Positions 17,741-27,692 of a stretch of DNA of 64,000 nt are shown piece by piece. The notes under the pieces were generated by a model. It was not told the origin of the DNA, searched no databases, and was given only the letters and a program-made list of their open reading frames with translations. Both the position numbers and the translations under genes were made by a program. The number at the start of each line of letters is the position of its first letter. The stretch's first letter is position 1. Origin of the DNA: a virus (taxonomy: Duplodnaviria > Caudoviricetes); the IMG/VR virus record IMGVR_UViG_3300036772_000211, positions 961 through 64,960 of that record; one strand, written 5' to 3'.

Positions 17741-19349
17741 CTACCCAAGGGCTTCCAGTGCCCGAACTAACGAATCGACCTGAGTCGTGTTGAGCAGCAC
17801 TCGGCACACGTCAACGATTGGGGCACCATCATTTCGATGTGCTGACCCTCGAAGACAAGCAAGCACTGATTGAGACGATTCTGCTACCGCCCGCAGCCGC
17901 TCGATCTCAGCGCGAAGGTCGCGCTCACGCTTGTCAGCATCGGCAACGTTCACTGCGTTTCTAACAGCCAGCATGTGCCAGTATTCCGCGTCACTCTCGG
18001 TCATGGGCGCTTGCCGGGGTGGCCCAAATGCCAGGCATGACAAAGCTCACAGAGGTACGCGCGCATGACGGCAGCCGAGCCTCGATGCCAGGCTAACGCT
18101 TTGCGCGCGGCCTGCTTGGACGTGTAACGAATCTTGTCCTGGCATGGTGTGTTCACCGCTTGCTCCTTGTGTAGCGCCGCTTGGGCGCGATGTCGCTGTA
18201 GGTGATCGGGGTGTAAGCCGCGGCACCGCCAAGCTTCTCCTGCTCGGGGCAGCGCCGCCCGTGCTCCAGGCAGGACTGGCAGCCGTCGACGGGGCAGATG
18301 TGCTCGGAGTGCTGCTCGGGCTCCCAGTCGGGCTGGAGCCGCGAGGCAGGGAAGCTCTCGCGGCAGCCGCACGTATAGATCAGGACTAGCTCAGGCACGC
18401 GCGTCGGGCCACTCCTGAACCTCTGACCAGTGGCCCAGGTTGCGCGCCACCCGCGCGGCCTGCAGGTTGAGCAGGACCGGCGGGTAGTTGCGGTACAGAC
18501 CGCTGAGCAGAAGCTCTAGCGCCTTCACCAGGCGCACGCGCGCGGCCAGCTTGGGCGGCAGCGCATCGATCGCAGACTGCTCCTGCAGCACGCGGCTGGC
18601 AATCGCATCGAGCGCGCCGTGGAAGTCTGACTCGGGATCGGGGATCTCTGACTGCTTCGTGTTCTTACTCATGAATGACTAATAGCCTCGGAAGGGTGAA
18701 AGCGGAAATCAATCGATGTCGCCCTGCGCGGTCAGCTGGTTACGCAGCAACACCGCACGAGCCTTCAGGTCGACGTCGGCGACGATGGCCTCGTAGTCGC
18801 GTGTCCAGTCACCCATGTCGAGCAGCTTGCGCGTAGCCTCGATGGCTACGTTCTGCCCGTGGATGTCGCGGATGACCGCCCAGCCGCTGGCGACGTGGGT
18901 GATCGTCCAGTGGCCGCGGGCTTCGTCCATCGCTGGCGTGATGGCCAGCCCGCTGCGCATCCACGGCGTCTGCGCCATGTCGTAGCCGCGTACGCCACGC
19001 TTCTCCCAGGCGATGCGCACCAGTGGGCGTTTTCTCAGCGGGACACTCATGACTCGTCCTCCGTCTCACCTGGCCACAGGTCGCCGCAGCTGAGTGCCTG
19101 GCAGCGGCACATCGGGCACTCTTCGATGTCGCAGCCAGGGTGGTGCAGCTGGTCGAGGCCAACACCACAGTCGTGGCACGTGCGGCCGCTGGCGATGATG
19201 CCCGGTCGCCAGGGGTCGCCTGGCACCGTACGGCCGAAGCGGTCCACGTCGAAGCGCTGCTCCTGGCCGTACGGGATGCGCTCGATACCCTCCCACGGCG
19301 TGCAGGCGTTCCGCGACAACATCTCCTGGCCGCAGTGCTCGCAGATCAC
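17741..19349 (-). other. Run of small leftward early hypothetical genes (17741-18004, 18001-18156 Zn-ribbon, 18153-18398, 18391-18672, 18709-19050, 19047-19349 Cys-rich)
   Basis: Overlapping stop/start junctions and RBSs; several CxxC motifs. Confidence 0.6.
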
Positions 19350-19870
19350 GACTTCGCCTCGCGAACGCCGACCACCTTGCGGACCTTGGGGTCGGTCTTG
19401 GCACGGTGGATCGCCTCCTCCAGGGACACGGCGTACAGGGTGATCGTGGTCGTGGTGACTATCTCTACCTCGACGTCGTACGCGGGTAGCTGCGCGCCCA
19501 CGCGCTCGGCGCTGACCACGGTGCTGTACTTGTCGACCGTGTACTTGACGCCTCCGTTAGCAGGCCGGTCCTGTGGCTTCAGTGCGTTCGGAACGGGGCC
19601 GCTGGCAGCGGCCACAGCGCGCGCCAGGTTGGGCTGGGCCGGGGGGACTGGTGTGCTCACGGGGGCCTCCTGGGGCTTCTCAGTGGCCTTTGCGCGGGGA
19701 TGCAATGTGGCGATACCGCGGGACCGCATCCAGCCGTAGAGTGTGCCGATCGAAACGCCATACGCACGGCAGATCTCATCTGACCGAGTGCCGCACTGGT
19801 ACAGCGAGATCGCCTCATCGACCTGAGCGGCGGTAACCTTGCGTAGCCCGTGCCCTGGCTTAGCTGTCAT
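19346..19870 (-). CDS. HTH DNA-binding protein
   Basis: AISLYQCGTRSDEICRAYGVSIGTLYGWM; AGGAGG RBS before ATG 19870. Confidence 0.65.
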   Translation of the reverse strand: MTAKPGHGLRKVTAAQVDEAISLYQCGTRSDEICRAYGVSIGTLYGWMRSRGIATLHPRAKATEKPQEAPVSTPVPPAQPNLARAVAAASGPVPNALKPQDRPANGGVKYTVDKYSTVVSAERVGAQLPAYDVEVEIVTTTTITLYAVSLEEAIHRAKTDPKVRKVVGVREAKS

Positions 19871-20037
19871 CACTTCTCCTCCTTCGGGTAGTCGGTAAAA
19901 AACCCGGCCTCGATGGCCTTGCGGTAGTTGTCCAGACGGATGGTGTCGAGTCCTAGCTGTTCGGCGATCGCCCAGACGTTCAGTCGCCATACCCTGGGCG
20001 GGATGCCTTCGGTCCTGACTGGAAGTTCGAGTAACAT
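19870..20037 (-). CDS. 55-aa hypothetical protein
   Basis: AGGAG RBS; MLLELPVRTEG..PKEEK; TGATG-coupled to the next gene. Confidence 0.5.
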   Translation of the reverse strand: MLLELPVRTEGIPPRVWRLNVWAIAEQLGLDTIRLDNYRKAIEAGFFTDYPKEEK

Positions 20038-20080
20038 TGGAATGACTCCTCTCGCACCACGGTGGGGTCGAATCGAATAG

Positions 20081-20113
20081 AGGGGCGGGGTTGATGCAGT
20101 TGGCCCCGCCCCT
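20081..20113 (-). terminator. GC-rich hairpin, probable terminator or processing site
   Basis: AGGGGCGGGG..CCCCGCCCCT 10-bp stem in an intergenic gap; weak U-tract. Confidence 0.5.
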
Positions 20114-20121
20114 TCGGTTGT

Positions 20122-20235
20122 CTAGCGGCAGTTCTGCCCGAGCTTCTTGCCGCGTGGGCAACGGTGCTGCCCCTGTCGAATCAAGTGGCCACGAGCGCCG
20201 TGCTTCGGGCATGGCACCGATTCACGCTTGTTCAT
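20122..20235 (-). CDS. 37-aa Cys/His-rich peptide
   Basis: TGATG-coupled to the DUF932 stop; MNKRESVPCPKHGARGHLIRQGQHRCPRGKKLGQNCR. Confidence 0.4.
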   Translation of the reverse strand: MNKRESVPCPKHGARGHLIRQGQHRCPRGKKLGQNCR

Positions 20236-21329
20236 CAGTCCTGACCTTTGCCTGCGTAGCTCAGGAGGCCGCTCCAGCGTTTTTCCGCGTCCAGGCGCGC
20301 GTCCTGATGCCCTACCGACCGCGCGGCAGCCGTGCCGCCGTTGATCAGATCCCAGAGGTTGCTGGGGTTGCCGCTGCTGCCGGTGTCACCACCCTGCGCG
20401 GCCAGCTGCATCGCGACCTTCGACTCGAAGGTGCCGAAGCCTTTGCGCGCCAGCCACTTCTCGACGTCGCTGACGGTCTTGCCGACGTAGGTTTCCTTGG
20501 CCGACTTGATGGCCGTCACGATCGGCTCGGGGCTGCCCTCTGCAAGCGCCTTGAGCGCTGGCTGGGCCTCTTCGATGAAGCGGTCGGGCGCCAGGCTGGT
20601 ATGGCGGATGCGAAGCTCTTCGATGTCGCGAGCGCCCCAGATGATGCGGTTGCAACAGACGTAGCTGTAGATGAAGCTGTTCAGACCGAAGGTCCGATCG
20701 CCGACTTCGCTGTTCCACGTGTAGAACCCGCGGAAGTAGGTCTGCCCGTCGATGTCGATGGGGCGCGTCTCGTCTACCAGAAACGCGAACATGTCGTGGT
20801 CGCTGGCGTACAGCGTGGTGTTCGCCTTCGTGACGGTGAACCCCTCGGTGCGGTTGAACTCGGACGGGACCGTCCAGATGTTCCCCGAGCGTTCGTTCAT
20901 CTGACGCACGGCCGCGACGATCTGCGAGTCCCAGATCCGCCCGTAATTGGGGCCGGTGGTGGCGCGCATCACCTCGGGCGTGTACAGGAACTTGCGGTCT
21001 TCGACGTCACCGCGAAACTTCATGCCGAACTCCAGCAGGTCGGCTGCCATCGGCGCGGGAAGCTCGCGCAGGTAGCTGGCGGGGGTCTTCGTGCGAGCGG
21101 CCATCTGGCCGAAGCTGTAGTGGGTCAGCTTGAGCGGGTCAGCGCCCACGCCGCGAACGACGATCTCGTCGTCAACCACGCCAGCTTCCAGGCTGCGCGT
21201 GCTCATCACCGCGGAGGTCGACATCTCGCGGCTGTAGTTGGTGGCGTCCTGTAGCGCGTCCAGGGAGTCGAAGCGCTGGTCGTCTGGGCGGCTGGCCCAC
21301 TGTGCAGAAGCGGCGTAAATGTTCGTCAT
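20235..21329 (-). CDS. DUF932-family protein
   Basis: W.SRPDDQRF.SL, TTLYASDHDMF.FLVD, RGFY.WNSEVG and VC.NRIIWG motifs. Confidence 0.8.
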   Translation of the reverse strand: MTNIYAASAQWASRPDDQRFDSLDALQDATNYSREMSTSAVMSTRSLEAGVVDDEIVVRGVGADPLKLTHYSFGQMAARTKTPASYLRELPAPMAADLLEFGMKFRGDVEDRKFLYTPEVMRATTGPNYGRIWDSQIVAAVRQMNERSGNIWTVPSEFNRTEGFTVTKANTTLYASDHDMFAFLVDETRPIDIDGQTYFRGFYTWNSEVGDRTFGLNSFIYSYVCCNRIIWGARDIEELRIRHTSLAPDRFIEEAQPALKALAEGSPEPIVTAIKSAKETYVGKTVSDVEKWLARKGFGTFESKVAMQLAAQGGDTGSSGNPSNLWDLINGGTAAARSVGHQDARLDAEKRWSGLLSYAGKGQD

Positions 21330-21370
21330 GTCAGGTAGTGCCTCTCGGTCTTGAATGAATGGGCGGCTGA

Positions 21371-21658
21371 TCAGTTGGAGTGGGAAGCTTCCCACTCCGC
21401 GAATCGGGAAGCGAAGCTAGCGACTGCATCACGCCAGCCTTGCTCGAACTCTGTGCCCGCGACCTCGGCGATGCGACCCTCGCCAGCTTCGATAGCCTGC
21501 CGACCGATCTCGCGTCGGTCGGCGATTACGTTGGCGAAATTCCCCAGACAAGCCTTGCGGCCGAAGTCTGTCCTGAGCGATTCAAACAATTCCTGGTTGC
21601 TGATGGCGCGCGCCTGGCGGGCGCGGGCGAAACGGCGAGCGGTGCTGTTCTTGTTCAT
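21371..21658 (-). CDS. Hypothetical early protein (leaderless)
   Basis: Starts directly after promoter P1. Confidence 0.6.
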   Translation of the reverse strand: MNKNSTARRFARARQARAISNQELFESLRTDFGRKACLGNFANVIADRREIGRQAIEAGEGRIAEVAGTEFEQGWRDAVASFASRFAEWEASHSN

Positions 21659-21665
21659 CACGTCT

Positions 21666-21706
21666 AATGTACTCCATACGTGCATGACTGTCAATAGGGT
21701 GCATGC
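21666..21706 (-). promoter_or_regulatory. Leaderless sigma70 promoter P1 with GCAT operator-like repeats
   Basis: TTGACA-17 nt-TACATT; TCATGCAC in the spacer and GCATGCAC upstream of the -35. Confidence 0.85.
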
Positions 21707-22081
21707 CTGCAATACTAGGTGCCGGCACGCAGGCTGAGTGATTCGACCCAGCACCCTCTCCCGCTAGCAACGATCACGTTCGCGGTGAAGTAGCCGTTCT
21801 GGTAGCCCCAGAGTCGCCAGTGGCCGGCATGACGGTCCCACGTGTCGACGCGATAGCCTCGCTTGCCCGACGTATAGACCAAGCGAAAGAGGCGGGCTGG
21901 CGGGCCGTGGACGGCATAGAGTTCATTGCTCATCGTGGTGCCTCCTGGCGGATCTTGGCGCGGTCGCGGCTGGCAGCCAGCCGATCGAGGGTGAGCAGGA
22001 ACGCGCGGCTCGTGGTTGGCGTGTGGCGAGCCTTCGAGCGGCGTTGCTCGCGCCGCTCGCTCTTGAACTGGGGTGCTCGGC

Positions 22082-22291
22082 TCACCGCATCACCTTGCGC
22101 AGCGAGGCTGGCAAACGGTACTGCTGACCGCACGCCATGCAGTCCACCACCTGGCCGATCTGCTCGGGCTTGAAGTTATGCATCGAGAGCAGCTGGCTGC
22201 CGTCCTCGGTGCCGTCGTAGCTCTCGCCGCAGGTCGGGCAGTTGGCGTACATGGCGGCGATCTCTGTTCTGGCGCTCGGGATGCTTGGCAT
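22082..22291 (-). CDS. Zn-ribbon protein (leaderless)
   Basis: CPTC..CMAC; ATG 6 nt after the -10 of P2. Confidence 0.65.
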   Translation of the reverse strand: MPSIPSARTEIAAMYANCPTCGESYDGTEDGSQLLSMHNFKPEQIGQVVDCMACGQQYRLPASLRKVMR

Positions 22292-22297
22292 GTATCC

Positions 22298-22340
22298 AAG
22301 ATATAGCATGCGCGCATGCTTGTCAATACCCTGCATGCAC
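22298..22340 (-). promoter_or_regulatory. Leaderless sigma70 promoter P2
   Basis: GTGCATGCAGGGTA-TTGACA-AGCATGCGCGCATGCTA-TATCTT-GGATAC-ATG. Confidence 0.9.
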
Positions 22341-22343
22341 GAC

Positions 22344-22982
22344 TTACTCACCCGGCGCGATGCAGACAAGGAAGTACGAGTGCCGCTTCCTGGCATGAAC
22401 CTGCTGCTTGATGCGGCCTGTCGACGGGTGGTCTGGCCTGACGACGACGACCAGATCCTTGATGTACCAGCCGCCGCGCTGCAGATAGCCGATGAGTTCG
22501 GCGTGGGTGAGCCACTGCCGATGGTTGCTGACCTCGTCCTGGCATTTGAGGATCAGCACGCCGCTGGGCCTCAGCACGCGCTGTGCTTCGCGAATGCCAC
22601 CCTCGTACAGCGCCAGCACTGCCGCGTGGTACTTGGGACCAGTGCCGTCTACGAACTGCTCGTCTGAGTAGCGTTCCCGAAAATCACCGTGGCTGATCGG
22701 CACTTGGTGTGCCTGGTTATGGAAGCCTGACATGTACGGCGGATCGAGCACGAGGCAGTCAACGCTGCCGCAGACGTACGGCAGCTGGCGGAAGTCGGTG
22801 CCGGTGCGGATGTCGGTGGCCAGGAGGTCGTACGTGCCTGGTGGCACCTGCTTCCAGAACGTGCCACGCCCATAGGTCACATCAGCCACGCGCGCGCCGC
22901 GCGGCACGTGCAGGTCGAGAATGCGCTTGAACACTGGCGCGTTGTGCGCCACGTACGCGGAGTACAGCGGCTCAGTGTTCAC
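22344..22982 (-). CDS. Orphan amino (N6-A/N4-C) DNA methyltransferase
   Basis: SAM-binding VADVTYGRG.FW, catalytic DPPY, RVLRPSG. Confidence 0.8.
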   Translation of the reverse strand: MNTEPLYSAYVAHNAPVFKRILDLHVPRGARVADVTYGRGTFWKQVPPGTYDLLATDIRTGTDFRQLPYVCGSVDCLVLDPPYMSGFHNQAHQVPISHGDFRERYSDEQFVDGTGPKYHAAVLALYEGGIREAQRVLRPSGVLILKCQDEVSNHRQWLTHAELIGYLQRGGWYIKDLVVVVRPDHPSTGRIKQQVHARKRHSYFLVCIAPGE

Positions 22983-23740
22983 TTCGTGAACCCCTTCCTC
23001 GCCAGCCAGGCGGCGATGTCGTAGTCGCGGCTGCCCTTGAATACGACGCTCTCGGCGCCGTTGTCGTACGCGACCTCCGCGGCGTTGTCCTGGGCAACGG
23101 TGGGCATGACTGGCGCGTCTTGTCGGTCCTGACTGACTGGGGCTGCCATCAGGTCGGCAGCCGTGGTGCCCTCGGGGAAGCGGAGGATGCAGACGGGGCC
23201 GATGCCGCGCGCCACGCTGTCAGCTGCCTTGAGGCGGCGACCGCACCAGGCGCAGATGCCGTACAGTGTGCTGAAGCGGAGCGCTTCGTCGCGGCTCATC
23301 TTGCGGCCTTCGCTCAGAGCGACCGACTTCAGCTGCGGCGCGTACTGGTAGTCGCCCTGGCTGCGGTTGTTCTTGAGGGTTTCGGGGTCGATCTCCTCTG
23401 TCAGGCGGTAGCCCGAGATGTGCTGCCAAGCCATCGCGTAGCTGCCGGTCTTCTCAGCATTGGTCTTGATCCGGACGATGTCGCTGCTCGGGAGGACGTA
23501 CACGCCGCACTCGGCCAGCATGGTCTGGAAAGCCATCCAGGCGTCGTAGCTGGCGTCGTCGGCGTCGCGGCTGGCCGCCACCATCACTGGCTGGTAACCG
23601 CTGCGCTGCTCGAAGTGAGCCGTGGTCGGGCAGACGAGGTGGGTGGCTGGATTGCCCTTCGTCCACTCGACGTTCTCGCGAGGCTGGATGCGGATGCTGC
23701 AGTTCGGGCAGACGCTGGAGAACTTCGCTTCGATGACCAT
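22979..23740 (-). CDS. Zn-binding protein with DUF6011-like domain (leaderless)
   Basis: CPNC..H..C N-terminus; CAWCGRRL..S..RGIGPVC. Confidence 0.7.
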   Translation of the reverse strand: MVIEAKFSSVCPNCSIRIQPRENVEWTKGNPATHLVCPTTAHFEQRSGYQPVMVAASRDADDASYDAWMAFQTMLAECGVYVLPSSDIVRIKTNAEKTGSYAMAWQHISGYRLTEEIDPETLKNNRSQGDYQYAPQLKSVALSEGRKMSRDEALRFSTLYGICAWCGRRLKAADSVARGIGPVCILRFPEGTTAADLMAAPVSQDRQDAPVMPTVAQDNAAEVAYDNGAESVVFKGSRDYDIAAWLARKGFTK

Positions 23741-23746
23741 GTACGT

Positions 23747-23789
23747 AGTATGAGGCATGCATGCATGCTTGTCAATACATTGCATGCAC
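23747..23789 (-). promoter_or_regulatory. Leaderless sigma70 promoter P3
   Basis: GTGCATGCAATGTA-TTGACA-AGCATGCATGCATGCCT-CATACT-ACGTAC-ATG. Confidence 0.9.
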
Positions 23790-23797
23790 GGGTTTCT

Positions 23798-24527
23798 CTA
23801 TGCCGGCGAGGTGAGTTCGAGCATCCAGATCGCGAGCGCGTGCTTGCGCCCGCAGGCGGCACGCCAACCGATGAACCCGCCGTCGGCGTTCACCCAGCCA
23901 TAGACGCTGGCGCAGCGCTTATCGCAGCCGGGTTGCGCACACCAGTACGCGTGGTCCAGGCTGCGCGGGCGCTTCATGCGCAGTAGCTCTTCGCCCGTGG
24001 CGAGCTTGTAGGTGAACAGGCGGGCCATCAGGCTGTCCTGAACCCGATGTCGCTGGCCTGCCAGCTGGCGCCCTGGTCGTGCGAGACGTACAGCACGCCC
24101 GACAGCCAGCCCGTCATGAACGGGTGGCCGACGTAGCTGCTGGCGTCCTGAATGCAGGTCACGAGGTGGCCCGTGCGCAGGCGCACCGTGGTCGGCGTCT
24201 CGAAGCTGCCTTGCGTCGGTTTCATGCGATCTCCTGAGCGTGCAGCCGACCGTCTTCAGTGATACGGCAGGCGTACTTGCCGAGCTTCGGCTCCCATTCG
24301 ATCCAGCCCTTACGCTCGAAGCTGCGCAGGGTGGACGCATCGCCGCTGCCACTGGCCCAGAACACGAACGACTCGTGTCCGATGCTGAAGTATTGGCCCC
24401 GGCCGTCGAGTGACGGCAGCCACGCTGCGCCCTCGAACGCAGCGCAGCGCTGCTCGATCAGCAGCAGGAATTGATCGGCGCGCGTGAGCGCCCGCCCGTC
24501 AGCGTCCCGCGGTACGTTGCCGTTCAT
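23798..24527 (-). other. Three small coupled hypothetical genes (23798-24028, 24028-24225, 24222-24527)
   Basis: Overlapping stop/start junctions. Confidence 0.55.
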
Positions 24528-24988
24528 CGCGTGTACTCCGCGACATTGCACTTGCCCTGGCACTCGTCGCCATTCAGGCAGCCGTCGTGATCATTGGCGC
24601 CGCAGTGCGGGCACTCGACGGGAATCTCAGACTCCATTAGTTGCTCCTCTCGTTTCGCCGCCCACCACTCGCGTTTCCGCTGGGCGATCTTTTCTCGGCG
24701 CTCTGCCGACTGTGGCCCCAGGACCAGGCCGCGGGGTCCACGTAGCCGCCCCTTCTGGGCGGCGTCTCTGGCGTTGATTAGGCGCGTGCCCAGGAACAGG
24801 TGGTCAGGCTCGAAGCACGGCGGGTTGTCGCACGTATGGCAGATCTCCATGCCCGCGGGGATCTGACCATGGATCGTGGCCCATACGAACCGGTGGACGT
24901 ACTGGAGCTTGCCGCCGCGACCCCCAATGCGGATCTGGCCATAGCCGTTCTTCGAACGCGCTCGAAGCCACTCGCGACAAGGCTTCAC
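24524..24988 (-). CDS. HNH endonuclease (free-standing)
   Basis: GYG..HRFVW..G.IP..CHTCDNPPCFEPDHLFLGT..N. Confidence 0.85.
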   Translation of the reverse strand: MKPCREWLRARSKNGYGQIRIGGRGGKLQYVHRFVWATIHGQIPAGMEICHTCDNPPCFEPDHLFLGTRLINARDAAQKGRLRGPRGLVLGPQSAERREKIAQRKREWWAAKREEQLMESEIPVECPHCGANDHDGCLNGDECQGKCNVAEYTR

Positions 24989-25179
24989 GGGCGCGGCCGG
25001 AGCAGCGCCATAGCCTCTTCGACTGCGAGGCGGGTTTCAGCTTTGATGCGGCTCGGGGCCGAAGTATCAAAGCTGTTGAGGTAGAGGTCCGCGGCCTCTA
25101 CGGCTGCGGCCAGCACCTTGACCATGTCGGTGATCTCGCTGAGCTTCTCAGCGGCGATGCGGCTCTGCTCGTTGTCCAT
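24985..25179 (-). CDS. Hypothetical protein
   Basis: GGAGGA RBS; coupled to the HNH gene. Confidence 0.55.
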   Translation of the reverse strand: MDNEQSRIAAEKLSEITDMVKVLAAAVEAADLYLNSFDTSAPSRIKAETRLAVEEAMALLRPRP

Positions 25180-25181
25180 GA

Positions 25182-25451
25182 CTAGTTCCTCCGGTCGTTC
25201 GGGAATGACTTGGCGGCTCGGCCGTTGAGCACCGCGAGCGCGTCGCGCGCTACCTGCAGCACCTCGGGGGCCTGGTCGATCTTCGGTAGCTCGAACGCCA
25301 TCACCTCAAGGAAGGCCCAGCAGTAGCGCCCCTCGGCGCCGGCCTTGCAGGAGCAGGGGTGCTCCATGTCGATCGGCGCCAGCGTCACGGCGTCGAGGTG
25401 AATCACGTGCGTCACGCCACCGGAGCGGCTCGGGCGAGTGAAGGTTTTCAT
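25182..25451 (-). CDS. SWIM-like Zn-finger protein (leaderless)
   Basis: SRSGG..H..CSCKAG..CW; ATG 7 nt after the -10 of P4. Confidence 0.6.
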   Translation of the reverse strand: MKTFTRPSRSGGVTHVIHLDAVTLAPIDMEHPCSCKAGAEGRYCWAFLEVMAFELPKIDQAPEVLQVARDALAVLNGRAAKSFPNDRRN

Positions 25452-25458
25452 TACCGTC

Positions 25459-25491
25459 ATTATGGGGCATGCATGAATGCATGTCAATAGG
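25459..25491 (-). promoter_or_regulatory. Leaderless sigma70 promoter P4
   Basis: TA-TTGACA-TGCATTCATGCATGCCC-CATAAT-GACGGTA-ATG. Confidence 0.9.
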
Positions 25492-25898
25492 CAATCTCAG
25501 CGCCAGCGTCTACGAGGCGATCGAGCCTCGGCCATTACCGCTCATCCACCGGCAGCACGCGCACGTCTTCGCGCTCGCCGGCCGGTCGACGGCTGTACTC
25601 TTCGTCGGTCGCATGAACGATCACACGCGTCATGTGAGTGCGGCAGTACGGGCGGTACTCACCGAACGGAACCGCGACTAGATAACGTGCAGCTAGCCCG
25701 CACTCACTGGCACCGAGGATGTATCGGCAGGTCGTCATCATCAGTTGGCCTCCTGTTGCTCGCGCAGCGCCTTCTCCTCGGCGTAGCTGCGCCGTATCTC
25801 GACGTACCACCATTCGCGCTCCTCGGCGGTCAGAAAATCCCAGTTCGGCGGGACGCGCCCGGTGCGCGCCCACGCCTCGATCCATTCCTTCAGGTCCA

Positions 25899-26465
25899 TC
25901 AGTTGGCCTCCTCGTGGATGGGATCGGTTTTCTCATTGCCGCAGCTGCCACACATGCTGACGATCTCTGGCCGACCGAACAGACGGTTCTGGCCATTCAC
26001 CCAATCGATGTCCCGCTGCGGCGCCCTGGTGAACGTGTGCGGGTGGTAGGGGCGGCAGGTTGAGCAGTAGTCGCTGGTCTTGCTGGCGCGGCCGTCGCAC
26101 GGTCGACCGTTCCAGTCGCTGCCGGCGCAGTGCTTGATCGACGCCTGCTTGGCGGCTTCCTTGGCTGCCTTCGCGGCCTGGCGCTCCGACTCCTTGAGAG
26201 CGGTGGTCTGGTAGCCAGCGACGCGCTCGGCGCACTTGGCCAGTCGGCGAGCCTCGAAGGCTGGGTTGCAGGTTGGGCACTGTGTCTCGGCCTGGTCAGC
26301 GTGGTAGCCGTCGAGGTGCTCGTTCTCGTAGCCAGCGCTATCGAAGCAACCGCTGCACAGGCGACCCGTCTGGCTGTCCTGGCGATCGGCCCAGCTGCGA
26401 ACTCCGCAGAACTCGCAGACCTTGGTGCCGCGGTTGTCGAGTCCGAATCGGGTGGGGTTCTGCAT
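25899..26465 (-). CDS. Cys-rich multi-zinc protein (leaderless)
   Basis: Several CxxC pairs; ATG 6 nt after the -10 of P5. Confidence 0.65.
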   Translation of the reverse strand: MQNPTRFGLDNRGTKVCEFCGVRSWADRQDSQTGRLCSGCFDSAGYENEHLDGYHADQAETQCPTCNPAFEARRLAKCAERVAGYQTTALKESERQAAKAAKEAAKQASIKHCAGSDWNGRPCDGRASKTSDYCSTCRPYHPHTFTRAPQRDIDWVNGQNRLFGRPEIVSMCGSCGNEKTDPIHEEAN

Positions 26466-26471
26466 ACACGT

Positions 26472-26502
26472 AGTATCGCTCATGCATGCATGCATGTCAA
26501 TA
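26472..26502 (-). promoter_or_regulatory. Leaderless sigma70 promoter P5
   Basis: TA-TTGACA-TGCATGCATGCATGAGC-GATACT-ACGTGT-ATG. Confidence 0.9.
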
Positions 26503-26577
26503 GGTTTCTAGAATGAGATCGGCAGGCCGGCAGCCGTGAGAACGCCAATCCGCGCGTGCTAGCCGCCGGCCCTGCCG

Positions 26578-27686
26578 TCATGGCCGCGACTTGACGACGC
26601 GACCCGTGAACGACACCAGCACGGTGTAATCGTTGTCGCCCTTCTGGACGCTGTGCTGGCAGCCCTGCAGTAGGTTCAGCGCCAGGCGGTACGCCTCATA
26701 CGGCGACAGCTTCAAGTCGATCAGGTCGCCGTGGTCGGCGTGGTTCGAGTCGAAGATCACGGTGTGAGACATCAGCTGGCCACCTCCGCGGGCGTGACCA
26801 TGTCCTCCAGCAGCTTGACGCGGTCAGCTGGCAGGTTGCGAGCGGTCACGATGGCCACGGGCTTCCTGTCGGAGTACCAGCCCCCCATCCCGTTGATGTT
26901 CACCTCGGTGCCGTCTGGGAAGGCGAGCACGTAGTGTGGCGTGCGGTCGGCGCGGAACCGGCCGCGGAAGCCGGACTTCGCGCGAGCGAGCGCCTGGTCG
27001 GCGGAAGCTGGGTTGTCACGGTCGTTGGAGAAACCCCAGGACTGGTCGGTGATGGCGAGGTAGATCACGAGTGCTCCTCTGGTCCGATGCGGACCCCTTC
27101 AAGGCTGAACCAGCCGATCAGTTCGTTCAGCGTGTCCATACGCACTTCGAGTGTTCGGGCGTAGCGGGCAGTCGCGGTGTGCTCGTATTCCCGCTGGAGC
27201 CGATCGCGGCGAGAGACAAGCTCTTCGATGACGCCCGCCTTACCGGCGATGATGGTGACGCTCACGACTTCACTCCGTTGGCAGCCAGGTTGCCGACCAG
27301 GCGCGCGGCCTGGTCGCGGGTCATGCGGACCTGAAACACCGACTCTTTGTCCGCGAAGCTGATCTCTAGCTCGTCGGCGCTGATCGTTCGGGCGCCGATC
27401 GCGATGTTGCTCTGCGCGGTGTTGAGCCAGACGGTCTGGCTGGTCGGCAGGCTCATCAGTTGGCCTCCGGCTCCGGGGTGTTGACGAGAACTTCCTGCAG
27501 CTGACGGATGATCTCGGGCAGCTGGTCACGGGTGAAGGTCAGGCGCACGAGCGCTGGCGAGTGCGAGTCCTGGGTCGGCGTCTCGCGGAACCCGTACGAG
27601 CGGATCGTGGTCTGACCGCTGACTGGCTGGTAGTTGACGACGGCGCCCGTCGAGAAGAACTTGTAGCGGGTGGGGGTCTGCTGCAT
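26578..27686 (-). other. Five small coupled genes (26578-26772, 26772-27068, 27065-27265, 27262-27456, 27456-27686)
   Basis: TGATG/GTGA junctions with GGAG(G) RBSs; the first gene is leaderless from P6. Confidence 0.65.
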
Positions 27687-27692
27687 GCATGC

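Noticed and set aside
20215-20245. CTGATGA...GAA on the minus strand resembling a hammerhead ribozyme core
   Set aside because: It reads GAAT rather than GAAA and lacks proper stems; it is explained by a TGATG stop/start junction.
26521-26576. Imperfect inverted repeat (GGCAGGCCGGC..GCCGGCCCTGCC) as a structured ncRNA
   Set aside because: It is adequately explained as a terminator-like hairpin between two cassettes; there is no further evidence.
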